Positions 1-13,185 are shown, numbered from the stretch's first letter. The stretch: 35,322 bases of DNA from Spirogloea muscicola (GCA_009602725.1 WELB01000020.1:867385-902706), one strand, 5' to 3'. Notes: generated by a model not told the origin, from the letters alone. A program made the numbers and translations.

Positions 1-517
1 TTCTCGTACTCTGTTCATTCTTTTTCGGGCTGGTTGTTCCAGCCCCTATTCTCAATGGGCGAGCACTTTCTTCTAAGTCAGGCCTCCGGCTTTCGTGGCG
101 GCGGTCCAGCTCCCCAAGTTAGCTTGTCAGATTTGTTTGTGCTCACCAGTGGGTACTAATGTCATCTTAGGTACCTTAGATTAGGTCTCCGTATTATGTA
201 GCATTGTTTAGTCTGCACTCGACTCTGCCTGAACAATGTATTGGCTTGAATTGGCCTCCCTTTCAATTCATGCGCCCCGCGCGCCTTCTCTCTTTTTCGG
301 CACCTCTTTCTTTGGCTTTGGACATTGTCCATTCTTTTTGGGCTGGCTTTGCCAGCCCTCTTCTCTATGGGCGAGCACTGCTTGTAGGCCCCTCCGAACC
401 TTTGTCAATTCTTTTTGGGCTGTCTTTGTTCCTTTCCGCCCTGCCGGCGCTTGGACAGCCCCTCTTCTCCAAGGGCGCGCTATTCTCAATGGGCGAGCAC
501 TTTCTTCTTATTCTTCT
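1..517 (+). mobile_element. Tandem 3' remnants of an RLE (CRE-like) non-LTR retrotransposon: end of one 3'UTR (1-74), then a 5'-truncated ORF end (82-159) with its 3'UTR (160-517)
   Basis: 82-159 translates ASGFRGGGPAPQVSLSDLFVLTSGY*, matching the C-terminus of the RLE-type ORF ending at 32660 (ASGFRQGDVFPPASYSVLHLLTKGY*). The terminal motif CTCAATGGGCGAGCACTTTCTTCT occurs at 51-74 and 485-508. The core TTGTCCATTC(T)nGGGCTGG..CCAGCC is shared with 32717-32750. Confidence 0.75.
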
Positions 518-543
518 CCTGCCGGCGCCCCCCGGGGGCCGCC

Positions 544-3064
544 ATGGCGGCCCCGCGGCGGCTCGGGTGTTTATGGGCGGTCGTGCCGGCAGCCCGTCGC
601 TGCCACCAGTCCGCCACTGATGGTCGTGCCACAGCTGCCGGCGCTGCTTCCCGGCGTGGGGCCGCGCGGCGCAGCCCTCGGCTCGACAGCGGCAGCCGCG
701 CGGTGGGCCGGCCCGAGGCCTCCACGCGCGGCACCTGCTCCGCCAGCTGCAGGCCCTCCGGAGCCACGAGCCCTGAGCTGTCGCCCAGCACGAAAGCTTT
801 GGCGGATGGTGCGCCTCCCTGCTGTGCTAGGCCGGCTCCATGGCGGCTCATGGGGCGGGCATTCCAGCTTTGCACAAGCAACAAGGGTCTCCCATGTCCA
901 TCATCTCTTTTGCCCCCATACTGAGCACAAATTCATTTGACTCCTTGCACTAACATTATAGCTGCTTTTCAATCCTTGCGCGGTCGCTATCCACTACGTA
1001 CCAGGCTTACTGGCGGGGCACCACAGCTTCCTCAGCCGGGCAATCACGCTGTGCGAGTCGCAGCGCAGGTGTGCAGCAAGCCTCCTTTCCTCCCTAAGCA
1101 GCCAATGTCTTTCTGAATTTGCACATCTCCTTGATGGGCGGCTCGATATGGTGGCTCAAAATGCCCAAGCAGCTCCTGCGCCGCCCGTCCTCAGCGACCA
1201 CCGCGCGCAGGCGGCTGAACTGCTGCAGCACGTGGTGTCAGCGAGCCCCCTTCTGAGAGAGCGGCCAATGTTCCGTGTTGGTGTCACAGGCCCCCCGGGG
1301 GCCGGCAAGTCCAGCCTGATTGAGCGTTAGTCGCCATCCGCAAAATCCCCCTCTGATACTGGTAGAGCAGCAGGCCTAGTACATCTCACAATTTACCAGC
1401 ATAAATGAATCCTTTGCGTCACTTGCGGCAGAAAGATGCTGCACGACTAGCTGATAGGCTGGCGATAAATAAAAGTATGATCCAATTGTGAGTGCGCACG
1501 TCACAGGCCTTGGGCTGCTGGCCACGTCCAAGGGCCATAAGGTGGCGGTGCTGGCCATCGACCCATCGTCGGCACAGAGTGGCGGGTCCATTCTTGGCGA
1601 CAAGACGCGCATGGAGGAGCTCTCACGGCACCCAGACGCATTTGTCCGCCCAACTCCATCAAGATGCCACGGCGGCGGCATTGCCCGCAACAGTGCCGAC
1701 GCCACGGTGCTATGCGAGGTGACAGCATGGCTCGCGACCAATGCTGCACTCTTACGTCCTAGGCACATTGCTGTCTATCTTATACTCACTGACAAGAGCT
1801 TGGCAGTGTATCCTGTAGGCCAGATAGCTGACAAGAACCAAAAATCATCAACAAGTCAAGAAGGTCACATTGTACGTGTCTTCCACGATGTCCATGTCAC
1901 GCGCAGCTTTGTGATGTAATGGCTCATAGGTTGCTATTCTAGCTGCATGATATCCAATGAAAACTGATGCATCTGTCATGTTGCTCCAGGCGGCAGGATG
2001 CAGTGTGCTCATGGTCGAGACTGTCGGTGGCGGCCAGGGCGACACTGCTGTGGCGGCCATTGTTGACGCCCTGCTCCTCGTCCTCCAGCCGGCCGGGGGT
2101 GACGAGCTGCAGGGCATCAAGAAAGGTATGGTGCCTGTGGACTTGGGCTGGCTTTGGAGCAACTATTTGCTCCAACTATTTGGCTGTAATTCTGTGGTCG
2201 TGCCTTTCTCCTATTTGAGTCTCTTATGACTTCACAAACGCCTGCACTGGGCTCGCACCTGAGTGCAGGCATTGTGGAGGTCGCCGACTTCATTGTGGTG
2301 AACAAGGCTGATGGCGACCTCCTACACAGTGCCCGTGCAGCAGTAAGGGAGTACCAGAATGCTCTACAGTACCTCCGGCCCCGGACACGATGCTGGTCCA
2401 CACCGGTGAGTTTCCCAACCTGCCTCCGGATGGCAAGCACGTGGGCTGCGTGGGGGCTCAAGGCAAGTCACATGTCTTGCCCTGTCATCCAGTAGCGCCA
2501 ACTACAAGCACTCCAGCAAATGCTGGGCCATGGCACTTGCAGTGTGCGGCTGACTATCAACAAGCATCTCAGGTGCTCGCCTGCAGCGCATGCACCGGCG
2601 CCGGCCTTGAGGAGCTTTGGCAGCAGCTGGCTGAGTTCGAGGGTGCAATGCGGGCGTCGGGGGAGCTGCGGGCACGTCGGGACGCCCAGCAGCAGAAGCT
2701 ACTGTGGAGCAGCGTCCAGGATGAGCTCCTTGACAGGTGACTTCACCCTGGCACTATTCTCCTTCTCATGCACGGGCCATCTATGAGTGAAGATGGCCAA
2801 GCACTTGCGGTTCCACAAGCTCCATAATTCCTGTTTGTGGCAAACATTGCGGCACGCATGGTCTGAGGTCTGGTGGAAGGTCCCTGGGTCAGCAGCTTCA
2901 TGTTCATAAGCAATTTCATCGAGCAACCTAGGTTGAGGAGGGACCAAGATGTGGGACTGGCTCTGGGCGAGGCGGAGGAGAGCATCCTGGCAGGTCGCCT
3001 TGCCATCAGGACTGCAACTTATCGCATAGTCGATGCAATCCTTCAACATGCTCAAAGACCTTAG
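544..3064 (+). CDS. MMAA: MMAA/MeaB (ArgK-family G3E GTPase, methylmalonyl-CoA mutase chaperone), probably mitochondrial; 8 exons, ~413 aa
   Basis: Exons 544-808, 1005-1068, 1195-1325, 1507-1718, 1990-2125, 2269-2405, 2573-2736, 2932-3064 are all GT-AG and sum to 1242 nt in frame. Motifs: LSRAITLCES, Walker A GVTGPPGAGKSSLIE, VAVLAIDPSS..GGSILGDKTRM, ETVG.GQ, PAGGDELQGIKKGIVEVAD, NKAD. The Arg/Ala-rich N-terminus resembles a transit peptide. Confidence 0.93.
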
Positions 3065-3381
3065 GTACTTATCATTGTGCACAGGGTTGGCTACACCCAT
3101 GTCTTTGTACAACAGTCACTATTCGATGCTGGATGCACTGCGACCCAGATGACATTGACAATTGCCACTTTATCAAGCAGTGCTTGAGCATTTCCACGGT
3201 CTTTTCTTGTCTTTGCCTTGTCTGTGCATGTCCACAGCAAAGAATCACTTGGACCATCAGCTTTCCATTTTTTACAAACGAATTTCAATGCTAGCCAAGA
3301 TTAAGGTGACACGAAGGTCATGTTTGTATCAAGCAGTGGTACTATGTTCTGTAGTGCTTGCGAGGTTGTCTAGTCAAAGGC

Positions 3382-6300
3382 TTATTGACTGGAGGCATCG
3401 TCGTACACATCCTCGCCCTCTGAGGCAGCGTTTCCATCTTCCTCCCCACTGCTACTGTCAATGACATATCGCTGCAGGCAGTAGATAGCAGTCCACGTTT
3501 TGATGCAGGTCGAGAAAGAAAAAGCATCTGTCATGGAGGTTGCAGCGTAGCACAAGCAACTCTGAAAATGCCCTGCAGGATGCTTAGTGTTGCTGCCAAA
3601 ACGTGACTGAACACATCAGTGTCTTAGGATGGAGCCACAACTTCTCACACTAACAATAGAGGCAGAAAGCAATTTCGAGTACCTTCGTTGCTGCACGACT
3701 GGCACGAACAGGCCTGCTTGGCCTGATGTCATTGCCAGGAACTTGCACCCCCACCATCATGTCTCTCTCCCCGTTTTGAGTCTGACACATGAGAAGGATA
3801 CCATAACCAAATTACCAATCAGGGACCTGTTTCTGCATCTGCACAATAGGGCTGAATCTAAATGCAGAGGCCTGCATGTGCACTGATACAAACTGGTTAC
3901 AAGGAATCATGAATATTACAATCTCAACTTCGTCCATGACTCTTCAGATGGTCGAGGGTGCTTGGCATAGTATATCAAGTGTGACATGAGTTTGCAATGG
4001 CCTAGCCCTGGTGCAAGTGAAAGCTGCAATGGCTTTGTGCATCATAAGGAAAGTCTGGTAACGTCTGACCTGATCAGGCAGTGGTTTGGCGATACCCATG
4101 TCGGACAAGCCAGCTGCAAGCTTCACCAGGTCGTTCTTGTCTTCTGTTGCTGAGACTGTTTTAAGTACTCCTGTTGCAGCCACCCCCCTTGCCCTGCTGC
4201 TCTTGGTGACAGCAGGATGTTCTTTTGCTGGAGCTCTGCCAGCCTGCTAGAGCCACTGCCCTCCTTCAGTCTTCCCAAGTGGGCTATTGCAAGAATGCCA
4301 AGGCTGGACAACTCCGGCCCTTGAGACCCAGTGCCATGCTTAGACCTGACAATCACTTTCCAGCACTGTGAACACAAGACATAAGACAGCTCGCACCTTT
4401 TTGCTTGAAGCCTTCTTCTTCTTCGGCTGTACCTCATAATCAGAGCCAGATTCATCGTCCAAGTCGATCATGCCGACCTTTTCGCTCTCATCTTCGCTGT
4501 CTGCTTCTGCTCTCCTTGCCTTGCTTCGTGCAGCAAGAGGCAGGCCGACTGCAAAGAAAGTATTGTAGGTCAGCCTTTGACATATTCGCATTTGCAAGGT
4601 GCAAGGCATCTTGCCAAGACAACCTTGGCCGCCACTGCGGCTAAAGTGTATAATTCGTGGTCCTTTTGTCACAACATGTTGGAGCATTCTAGCCAGCGCC
4701 AGGACAGGCCTTGGCATGATGAATGCCTAAGAGCTTCAACAGTTGCACGTACTGCTGATTTTGGGCGATGGCGGCCTTTGCTGCAATACAGTATCAGCTT
4801 TGGCTCTCTCTTTTTCAACCTTGTCATCAACAAGTCGTTGTGTGACGCTGTCTGCTGCATGTCAAGTCATTGCCATGCCTGCATTAGTGCTCACACATGT
4901 GCACGACTGCTATAACAAAGCAATACAAGCGAGTACAACATGAGAATCACAATGATTTGTACACTACACATGCTTGTCACGAGTTACATTTGTATTGGGT
5001 TCCCTTACAGCAGTCCTGGACCAACACTCAAAGAGTGCTAGCTACTCCTAGTTGGAGCTTAGTCCCCTACAGAAGAGTAGCATCAGATTCAGGCAAGCTT
5101 ATAGTTCTCTTGAAAAAGCTGAGCGCTATCATACCTGGTGCTATGGCAGGCTGTGTGCGCTGCTTTGCCATAGCTGCCAATCTTTCATCCAGGGACAAGC
5201 CAAAATCTTCATCACCATCACTTGCCACTTCCTGTGAGGTCTTACAGGGACGAATTGGCAGAATGATGTTGTTAGCCTTGTGAGCAATGATGTCATACAA
5301 GGCAGTAGCCATAATGTGTGTGCCGCAACCTGCAAAAAGTGTCTCTTCTGATACAACTTGCAACCAATAGCATCTGATAGTCTTGTCATTATAAAGCTTT
5401 GCAACGATGTCATCTAAGAAAGAAAAGAGATTCCCAGTGTCTGCTAGGAATGCTGAAGCTTTTGGACTTTGCAAATGCTTTTACAACACTGTCAGCTAAA
5501 GGCTGCTGTGTCAAAGGAGCTGAAGGTTGCTGGTTCCCAATTGGCTTTGGGATGCTCGCACTGGTGGGCTGAGAATATGTGAAGCCAGTGTTAGGTTCAG
5601 TTTTCGTTTGAGGAAAGATCAGTATCATACTGAGTTAATAATCCTTGTATTTGTTGGATGAATGGGTCTAGATGGAAGGGTAAAAGAGACACCTAATCCA
5701 GCAAAGAAAAACAAAGCAGTACTATCTAACATCTGCTTCCTGGTTTGACATGATCTTACCTTGCCCAAAGCCTTCGCAAGGACGGGTCTTGAAGTTGCTG
5801 CAGGCTTCTTGCTTGCATATGCATCCTTCATGTTTATGCCTGCAAAACATATAAGGTATTCTTAGGTTTCTTGTCTACCTTTCGGTCACGAACGAAAGAG
5901 GCTTGCTGCTTGTCACATATGCAGCATGTATGGCAAGCAGCACTTTAAAACAATTCTCAAACCTGTGGGTATGACATTCTCCTTGTTTTCTTTGTGACTG
6001 TTCGGCTGGGTCTTCTTCTGGACCTTCCCTGCCTTTGGCTGTGCCTTGAACCCTTGCTGGCTTTCTTTGATCTGAGCTTCCTCCTCCTCCTCCTTGGCCT
6101 GAACATATGTATGAAAGGACACGAGAATGCTTATTCGCCTGATGGGCTATAAGCATGGTTGCCAAGCTGCATAATCATCACTATGCGGTATGCCTGCATG
6201 ATCAGCCATGGAAAATTTGGCTTCTACATGCTGTAGATCGACGGCCAGGTATGCTGACCTCCAGAGCAACCAACAGCTGGTCCAGTTCTCTGTCCCACAT

Positions 6301-9300
6301 ATCCTTGGGCTGCACCCGTGCTAGTGCATGCATCTCCTCTTCCTTTGCATCTCTCTCTTTGCAGAGCGCGTCCACCTTCTCAAGCGTGAGGCTCCACAAG
6401 GGCATTGAAAGCAAGTAGTCGTAGCCTACAGCAACTCCTGAGGCCGATGCCGAGGTCTGCACCATGTCTTTGTCACCATCTTGATCCTCCTCAGCATCCA
6501 CATCTCCAGCTTGCATCAACCTTTTATTCTTACCGGTGGACAGAGGGGCAAATCCAGCAGCCTGCAAGAATTTGTACATGTTTTAAATTATCAGGTCGTA
6601 TCAGCACCTCAGCTGAAGCTTGACAACATTGGCTCAGTGGTTGCTTAGCAACAGTTGAAAGCAAATTCAGTACATGGTTGTCGTACTTGGTCACAAGAAA
6701 GCTTGCCGGATGTGCAGACTGTAAAAGGCGTACCTGCAGCTGGGCCAAGAGGTCTGCCTTTCTGCGATTACTGACAATCAGAGTCCCTTGTACAACAGCC
6801 AGGATAAAACGTGTACGATTGTCCAACCTTATCAAGTCCTCCTTAAGCTGCGACAGCTGGAAGGCCTGAGGAAAGCAAGCAACCCAGCCAGCCTGTAAAT
6901 AGCATGCTTTCATATTGCTGGCCATTGGTCCAAGTACGTTGGCAATTCTAGGTTACAGTCTTTGGCAAATGACTTTTGCACACTAGGCCACATATAGTCA
7001 AAATTTACTTCAATACTGTCAATATCAACTTGCCTTTCGCTTGTTGTAATACTCCAATCTAATGTTGTAGAACATTGACAATACTGTGGCAAGCATCATG
7101 CAAGCACATTGACTGTTAGCATCCAGTATCTTTGCTTGGCAGGCATATTTGTCTTAGCACGAGTAAGACAATAGACCTATCAAAGAGCTGTCACACTAAC
7201 ATCCCAGGCTAGGAGCATTAGATGCATGTATTTGCAGCAGAAGGGCTAGAGAGGGGATGTGGCTCACTCTGTTCAGGAGAATCATATTTAGTGATGCGGC
7301 CATCCTTGTCAAACAGGTGCATGTTAGTTGTGCTTAGTGTGCTAGTGAGCTTGAACTTTTTCTCCAGACCTTCTGCTAGGGCCAGTGCCATGTTTGCCTC
7401 ACTTAACTCCACAACAAAGTGTACAGTGGTGTCGAAATGGTGCTGGCTGAAGGACTGCAGATACAGAGCGCAGGGGCAAGAGAAAGGTGTCATCGAGTGC
7501 TGCATTGATCCCCGTCTGTGTCAGGAGCCTTGCATCACTCAGAGGCTAAAGTCTTCCCTCCTTGTCTGAGCCGCATCCTTATAAGATCATGTTAGCTACT
7601 GATAAAGTATCTGATGCTTGTAAGCAGCCCCATAAGAACAAGCAACCTTGACAAATGGATCTCGTTGCTTGTCCGAGGTCTCCATGAGAGATTCAAGGAA
7701 CTCCTTGTAGTCCTGTGTCCACCTGCGCACGGGCAGCTCAGTGATGTCTACGGTTGTTGCACTAGTCTGTTGAATAGTCCCGGTTACAGTATATGACTGC
7801 CCGTTCTCTTTGGTAGCTGCAAGTTGGATGCTTCCCTGAGCACCATTCAGCAATATCGTCATTCATGGTCAGTCCAGGTCCGCAGCTTCATCAACAAAGA
7901 AGGCCCTCAACTTCCAGCTCTTCTATGCAGCCAACAGCAGCAACCATGTCGGTGATGCAGCTTACATGTGACGGAAAGAAAAAAGAAAAGACGAGAAAAC
8001 TGACCTGAAAGCCCTTGTACCAAGGGTCCATAGTCTTCACAGTCCCTCCTCGGATCATACTCTTCAGATTCGCTATCAGCTCGCGTGGGTTGTAGTTTGG
8101 GATAAATGAGCTCCAACCTGTACCAATACCCTCACTTCCATTCACTAGTACCATTGGTATAATTGGCAAGTACCTGCACAAGGTAGAGTGTCTTGAGGCC
8201 ATAATAGCTGCAGACTACTCGTGTCACAGTCGACATTCACCATTATACACACTACTGATAAAGCTCCAAAAAAACTTGCATAAGAATCTCCGTACATAGC
8301 TTACCAAACTGGTTCAATGGCAAGCCCATCATCATTGAGATAAAAAAGGAGACAGTCATCGGCTTCAGGAAATATGACACGAGTAATCTTGCATGGATAA
8401 GTATGGGTGTATCGAGGACTGGCAGCATCTTTGCCTCCCTGAAGTCAAAAACATAATAGCTATAAGCACCTTCACCCCCGTGTAAACATGGCGATGTTCA
8501 CAAGAGGCTCTCCTGATATTGCAATTCTAGGATGCTGTCCAACTCAACTGCGTACCTGAGCTCGAGAGCCAAAGCCACCACTTGGGAAGAGCAGATTGAT
8601 GTTATTGCTGCCGACAAAATCCTGAGCAAGCCCAGTTATGGTGCTATTCAAGCTGGCTTCGCCATGGTGATAAGCTGTGTGCTCTGTCACATAACCTGCC
8701 AGAGATGCAACCTGGAGGAGTAGCAAAACATTATAGGGACAGGAAAGTGTCAATGTTGCTGGAAGTCCGCAGGACATTCTCTTGCCAGAAACATACTCTT
8801 GTCAATGTAAAAGCTTTTATATCACTTGGTTGCTGCTAAAGGCATGTCAAACCATGAGTGGTGTAGACCAAGATTTCATATATGCAGGGAGATCACTGGT
8901 CGAGCTTGACATGTCTCATACCCTGCATTCCTTGGTCAAATTTCTCTTGAAGCATGCATACAGTATCTTTCGTTGACCAGGCTTTAGTCCATCCATGATG
9001 GAGGGGATTGAGCGCATATTATCAGCCAGTGAGAAGAGGATCAGTTCCTTGTTGACAAAGTCTTGATAGGAGATAGTGGGAGCGCTTTGGTCAAGGTAGG
9101 TGCCAGGCTGTAAAAGGGGACAAAGCTTGATCAGCCACTTGCAACTTGGAAAGGAGAGTATTAAGATTTGGATTGATGTATCTTTCAACGTCTATCGGTG
9201 GCTTACAGCACTGCAGAGGCATAATAATTCTCTTGGGGACATAATATTGACATGTCAAAGGCACTGGGTTTGGCTTATAGCAAATGCCATCTGGTTGTCA

Positions 9301-12300
9301 CCTCAAAGTTGCGAAGCCAAGTCTTGCGCTCATCGACCTTCTTCTTTGCAAACGCCATCTCAATGTAGCTGCCTTCGTGGTCGTTTGTCCATTCGAACTC
9401 TTTCTTGTGCTGGTCAAGGGCCTTGAAGTACTCAATAGCCTCCTCCCTTCTGCTCGTGCCAAGACCCTAGCAAGGCAAGTAGCACCAGAGATGCTCAATC
9501 AAATATTTCAGGTTGACCCAGCTTATTAGATAACCAGCATGCCATGCAATAGGCTACCTTGTAGTACTTGATGCTCCACCCTTTTGGCTTGCGCCCCCCA
9601 TGTGACTCCTTCCACTTCTCATATTCAGGGATAGTAAAGAACGATAGCATTTCCTTGCCTTTGCTTGCCTGTACTTGAGAACTTTGACAAGCTCAGAATG
9701 TTCTTGAGACTTTCACCAGTCACTGTAGCTCAAATGCATGTACATCGAGAAGAGTTCTTTCCTGCAACGGTGAAGGCTTCTGTTGCACTCTGCAATCAAG
9801 AACTTCTAGGCTTCCTCCACTACACATCTGCTTCCTGGGCCATGCAATCTGGAGCTGAGCCCGTGACAATCTGGACGCAGAAAAGGCCTCACCTTTACGA
9901 TTGGTGTGATGAACTCAACCATGAATGAAGGAATTGCAAGAAGTGAAGGCCAAAAGGAGTGAATGAAGTTGATCAGAAGGCCCTTGATATGGGAACCATC
10001 ATGATCCTTGTGCCAAGACAGGGGTTTGAGGAGTAAGTTGTACTGTCCTATAAAGAGGTATGCAGGTAATGCATAATGCAGAGGTTGCATGCTTATGCTT
10101 TTGAACTAAAAATTTGTTCAACGTACTTGCATGTATGTCTTGGACGTTAGCAGATTCTCTCAAGGGCTTACTCAGCACAACTTCCTGCTCACCTGGTCTG
10201 TCATTATCATGAGGTGGCCATATCTGAGGGTCTTCACACTGTCATATTGCTTCCCATGCTGAAGGCCCAAGATCTGCTTGATGTTGGTAATCTCTACATT
10301 TTCCATTATCTGTTTGTGGCTTGCATCTCGAACATTGAGAAGCTTTCCCTTCAAAGGAAAAACACCGTAGCGGTCCCTTCCGACAACACTCAAGCCACTC
10401 ATCTGCATGTGTCAGATGAGATGTCAGACACAATGATTGCCAGAGAAGTTCCCAACTCTTGTGACATGCAAATGCTACTGTTCCATGATTTCCCTCACTG
10501 GCATACCGCGAGAGTCTTGGCTGAGTCTCCCTCTGTCAGGATAAGAGTGCAAAGCTCTGAATTGCGCCCTCCTGCCTCATTCGCATCGTCCAGCTTAGCA
10601 ATGCCTTTGAGTTGGGTGCGCTTGCTGCCGTCGTTCTTCTTCAAGTCCTTGCTTGCTCTAAAGGTTGCCCACGTTAGTAGGTTCTCAACAATTCCACATT
10701 TGGCCACTGCCAAAGACCACAACAGCCAGCTTCAATGCAAAGTTGTGTCAACAGGAAGTGCACATTCGCTTGTATCGAATTGCTACATGACAAGACGATC
10801 ATATGAACCCAGATATAGCTATGCAGATATACACATTCTGGAGTTTATAAGGCCAGATTAAATACATTGTGTCACGAATTTGGGTGACAGAGTGCACGTA
10901 GAACCAAGAGCTGATTGACGGGTAGTCAACATCTCTTTTGTCTGTGAGTCAAAAGCTGGGTTCTCAATCACAGCGTTTACAAAAACCCAAAGGTGGTTCT
11001 TGACCTGGAAAGGCTTTATAGGGTTTCCTTTGACTTCCTTTTTTTTGTTGATGTGGAGTAGCAAGTTGGTTACAATTTGGTCTGTGACATAAGCCACGTG
11101 AGTTCCACCTTTCATGGTGGCGATGCTGTTCACAAAGCTCACCTGCAAAGCAGAGCCTACTCAAGTAAGAACTTTCCCACGAGATGTACCCAGTTACAAG
11201 AGGCCATGTCTAATTTAAACAGCTGCTCGTGCGGATGAAGCATGCCTTTCAGTCACTGCCCTGAGCGTGGTCAAGAACAGTGCATTCCTGATCTCCCTCC
11301 CTCCAAGGGTAAGCAGCCAAAGGCCATCCTTCTAAAGAAGCGACCTTGCTACTCAGTATTACTTGCCACTTCTGACTGAACTGTGATGCTCTGTTGTGGT
11401 TCAGGATCAGATTCTCACTTGCTGGAACTGCCCTTCGCTTAGGCTAACACAAACCTCCCACCTGTCGTTTACGTGCTCATAGATTCTGCAACGGTGTGCT
11501 TCAATATTAGATACAGTTAGAGTTGCCTAAGAGCCCCACTGCAGCAAAGCATGGCTACATCGGATGCTACTGATGTGATTATTGTTGCTCATCATAAGTT
11601 CATACAACATCCATGGCAATCCATGGCAACAGGACAGCCACAAAGTGGAGCAAGGGGATAGACCTACCTTGGTAGAGGCTCTTCTCGTGTTGAGGATGAT
11701 GAAGCATATAGGTATAGGCTGACATAATCGCTGAAGCCCTTGACTGGCACCCGCTGTCCGTCCAGTTCGACCTGCATGAGCAAGAACACTTTCACATCTA
11801 GACAGAGTAACAGCACTATCTGCTGATCTGCTTATGCTCCAACTCTATGTTTGACGTATGAACCATGTTGTATGTTGAGTCTGGTCCTAAGTACGTACAT
11901 CTGTGTCCGCAGGAATGCTTTTGTGCTATGGTTAAATTCAAGGTCTTAGATGAGAAGAAGCACCAACCTTGATGCCCTTCCCCAAGCAACCTGCAATGTC
12001 TATGACCCTCTTCCTCATCAGGGCTACTACGTCATCCTCTAGATGCGTCATGTGAAATTTGGCCAGGTCAGGCTTGAATGTGATGCTTGTCCACGCTTCA
12101 CTTTCTCGGCACTTGCCAATAAGGGGCTGAGATTTCTCACTCATGTTGTGAGAGAATACCTACACCCCGTGCATCAGCAAGAAACCCTAGTCATATCCCC
12201 AAGTTGGAAGCATGTTGTCAGTGCGCCTGCAGCATGTTGCATACATGCTCTTGCAAGAAAAGCAGCTCTAGCACACCTGCTTATATTTGCGTTGTCTCTT

Positions 12301-13185
12301 TCCATCAGCTGTCTCAACGACAAACTCCGTGGAGAAGATGTTGGCTAGCTTAGCTCCATAACCATTCCGACCGCCTGTCGTCTTTATCTCCTCATCGTCA
12401 TAGTTGCTGCCTGTGAGTAAGTGACTGTACACTCCAAAGTTGGAGATTCAGGCCCTTCAATTCATCCGCAGTATGGGTTTAGGCAGAGACAGAGGTCATG
12501 TCAACAGTTCCTTCAAACCTCTTCTCTGGACCTAGACAAGACCTAACCTGAATATCATCTCTGGCAGGTAGACACCCCCTCCGCTGTGAATCTCGACTGG
12601 GATGCCATCGCCATTATTCCAAACGTGGAGAGTGTTTGTCTCTGCATCTGTTTCCCATTATATTCACAGGAATCTCAGTAGAGCTGAGTATATATACATC
12701 ACATCCCACATATTTCACACAGTGGAACCCCTAGCTTTGAAGTGCTGCTCAAATTCCATGTTCACAATTGCTTGACATTCTTCAGCGGAAGTGGCCAAAC
12801 TGATTAGATACGCGTACGCAAAGTGTTGAGATCTTACTAATGTTGACCTTCAGGAGATCCATTCCCGGGCATCGAGACTTGTGGTCAGCCGCATTGACGA
12901 GAATTTCATCAAAGATCTTGTAGAGCCCTGGCGACAAGGACAGCTTGCCATCAGCATTCAGATCGTGCGGGAACAAGCAGACAGCTGACTGGTCCAATAT
13001 GGCCAAGCAAGCTCACCAGGCACATAGGTGACGTCCCGCTGCACAAGAGAGCCGCCCTCGTACACCCAGAGGTGCTGCGTGTGCGCTTCCACGGAGCCAA
13101 TGTACGCGTCGGGCCTGAGCAGGATGTGCTCCAGCTGCGTCTTCTTCTGGTACGTCTCCTCGATGGTCCTCTCTCTCGCAGCCAT
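3382..13185 (-). CDS. TOP2: Eukaryotic DNA topoisomerase II, roughly 28 exons
   Basis: ATG at 13185 (MAARERTIEETYQKKTQLEHILLRPD). Motifs: GLYKIFDEILVNAAD, GGRNGYGAKL, TOPRIM LILTEGDSA / PLKGKLLNVR / IMTDQDHDGSHIKGL, DGLKPGQRK, YHHGEASL, catalytic ASPRY (Tyr 8409-8411), PMVLVNGSEGIGTGW. Acidic last exon RYVIDSSSGEED..SSQ* with TAA at 3382-3384. C-terminal exon boundaries are less certain. Confidence 0.97.

Noticed and set aside
1..517. Recurrent ~25-60 bp motifs as a CRISPR-like array
   Set aside because: Irregular spacing, degenerate copies, eukaryotic context and no cas genes; explained as retroelement 3'UTR modules.
544..3064. MMAA as bacterial contamination or recent horizontal transfer
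   Set aside because: Seven canonical spliceosomal introns, a transit-peptide-like N-terminus and composition like neighbouring genes.
5410..5628. Possible extra TOP2 exon (QPTSASIPKPIG..)
   Set aside because: The flanking exons already join in phase without it and I could not fix convincing splice sites; unresolved without RNA data.
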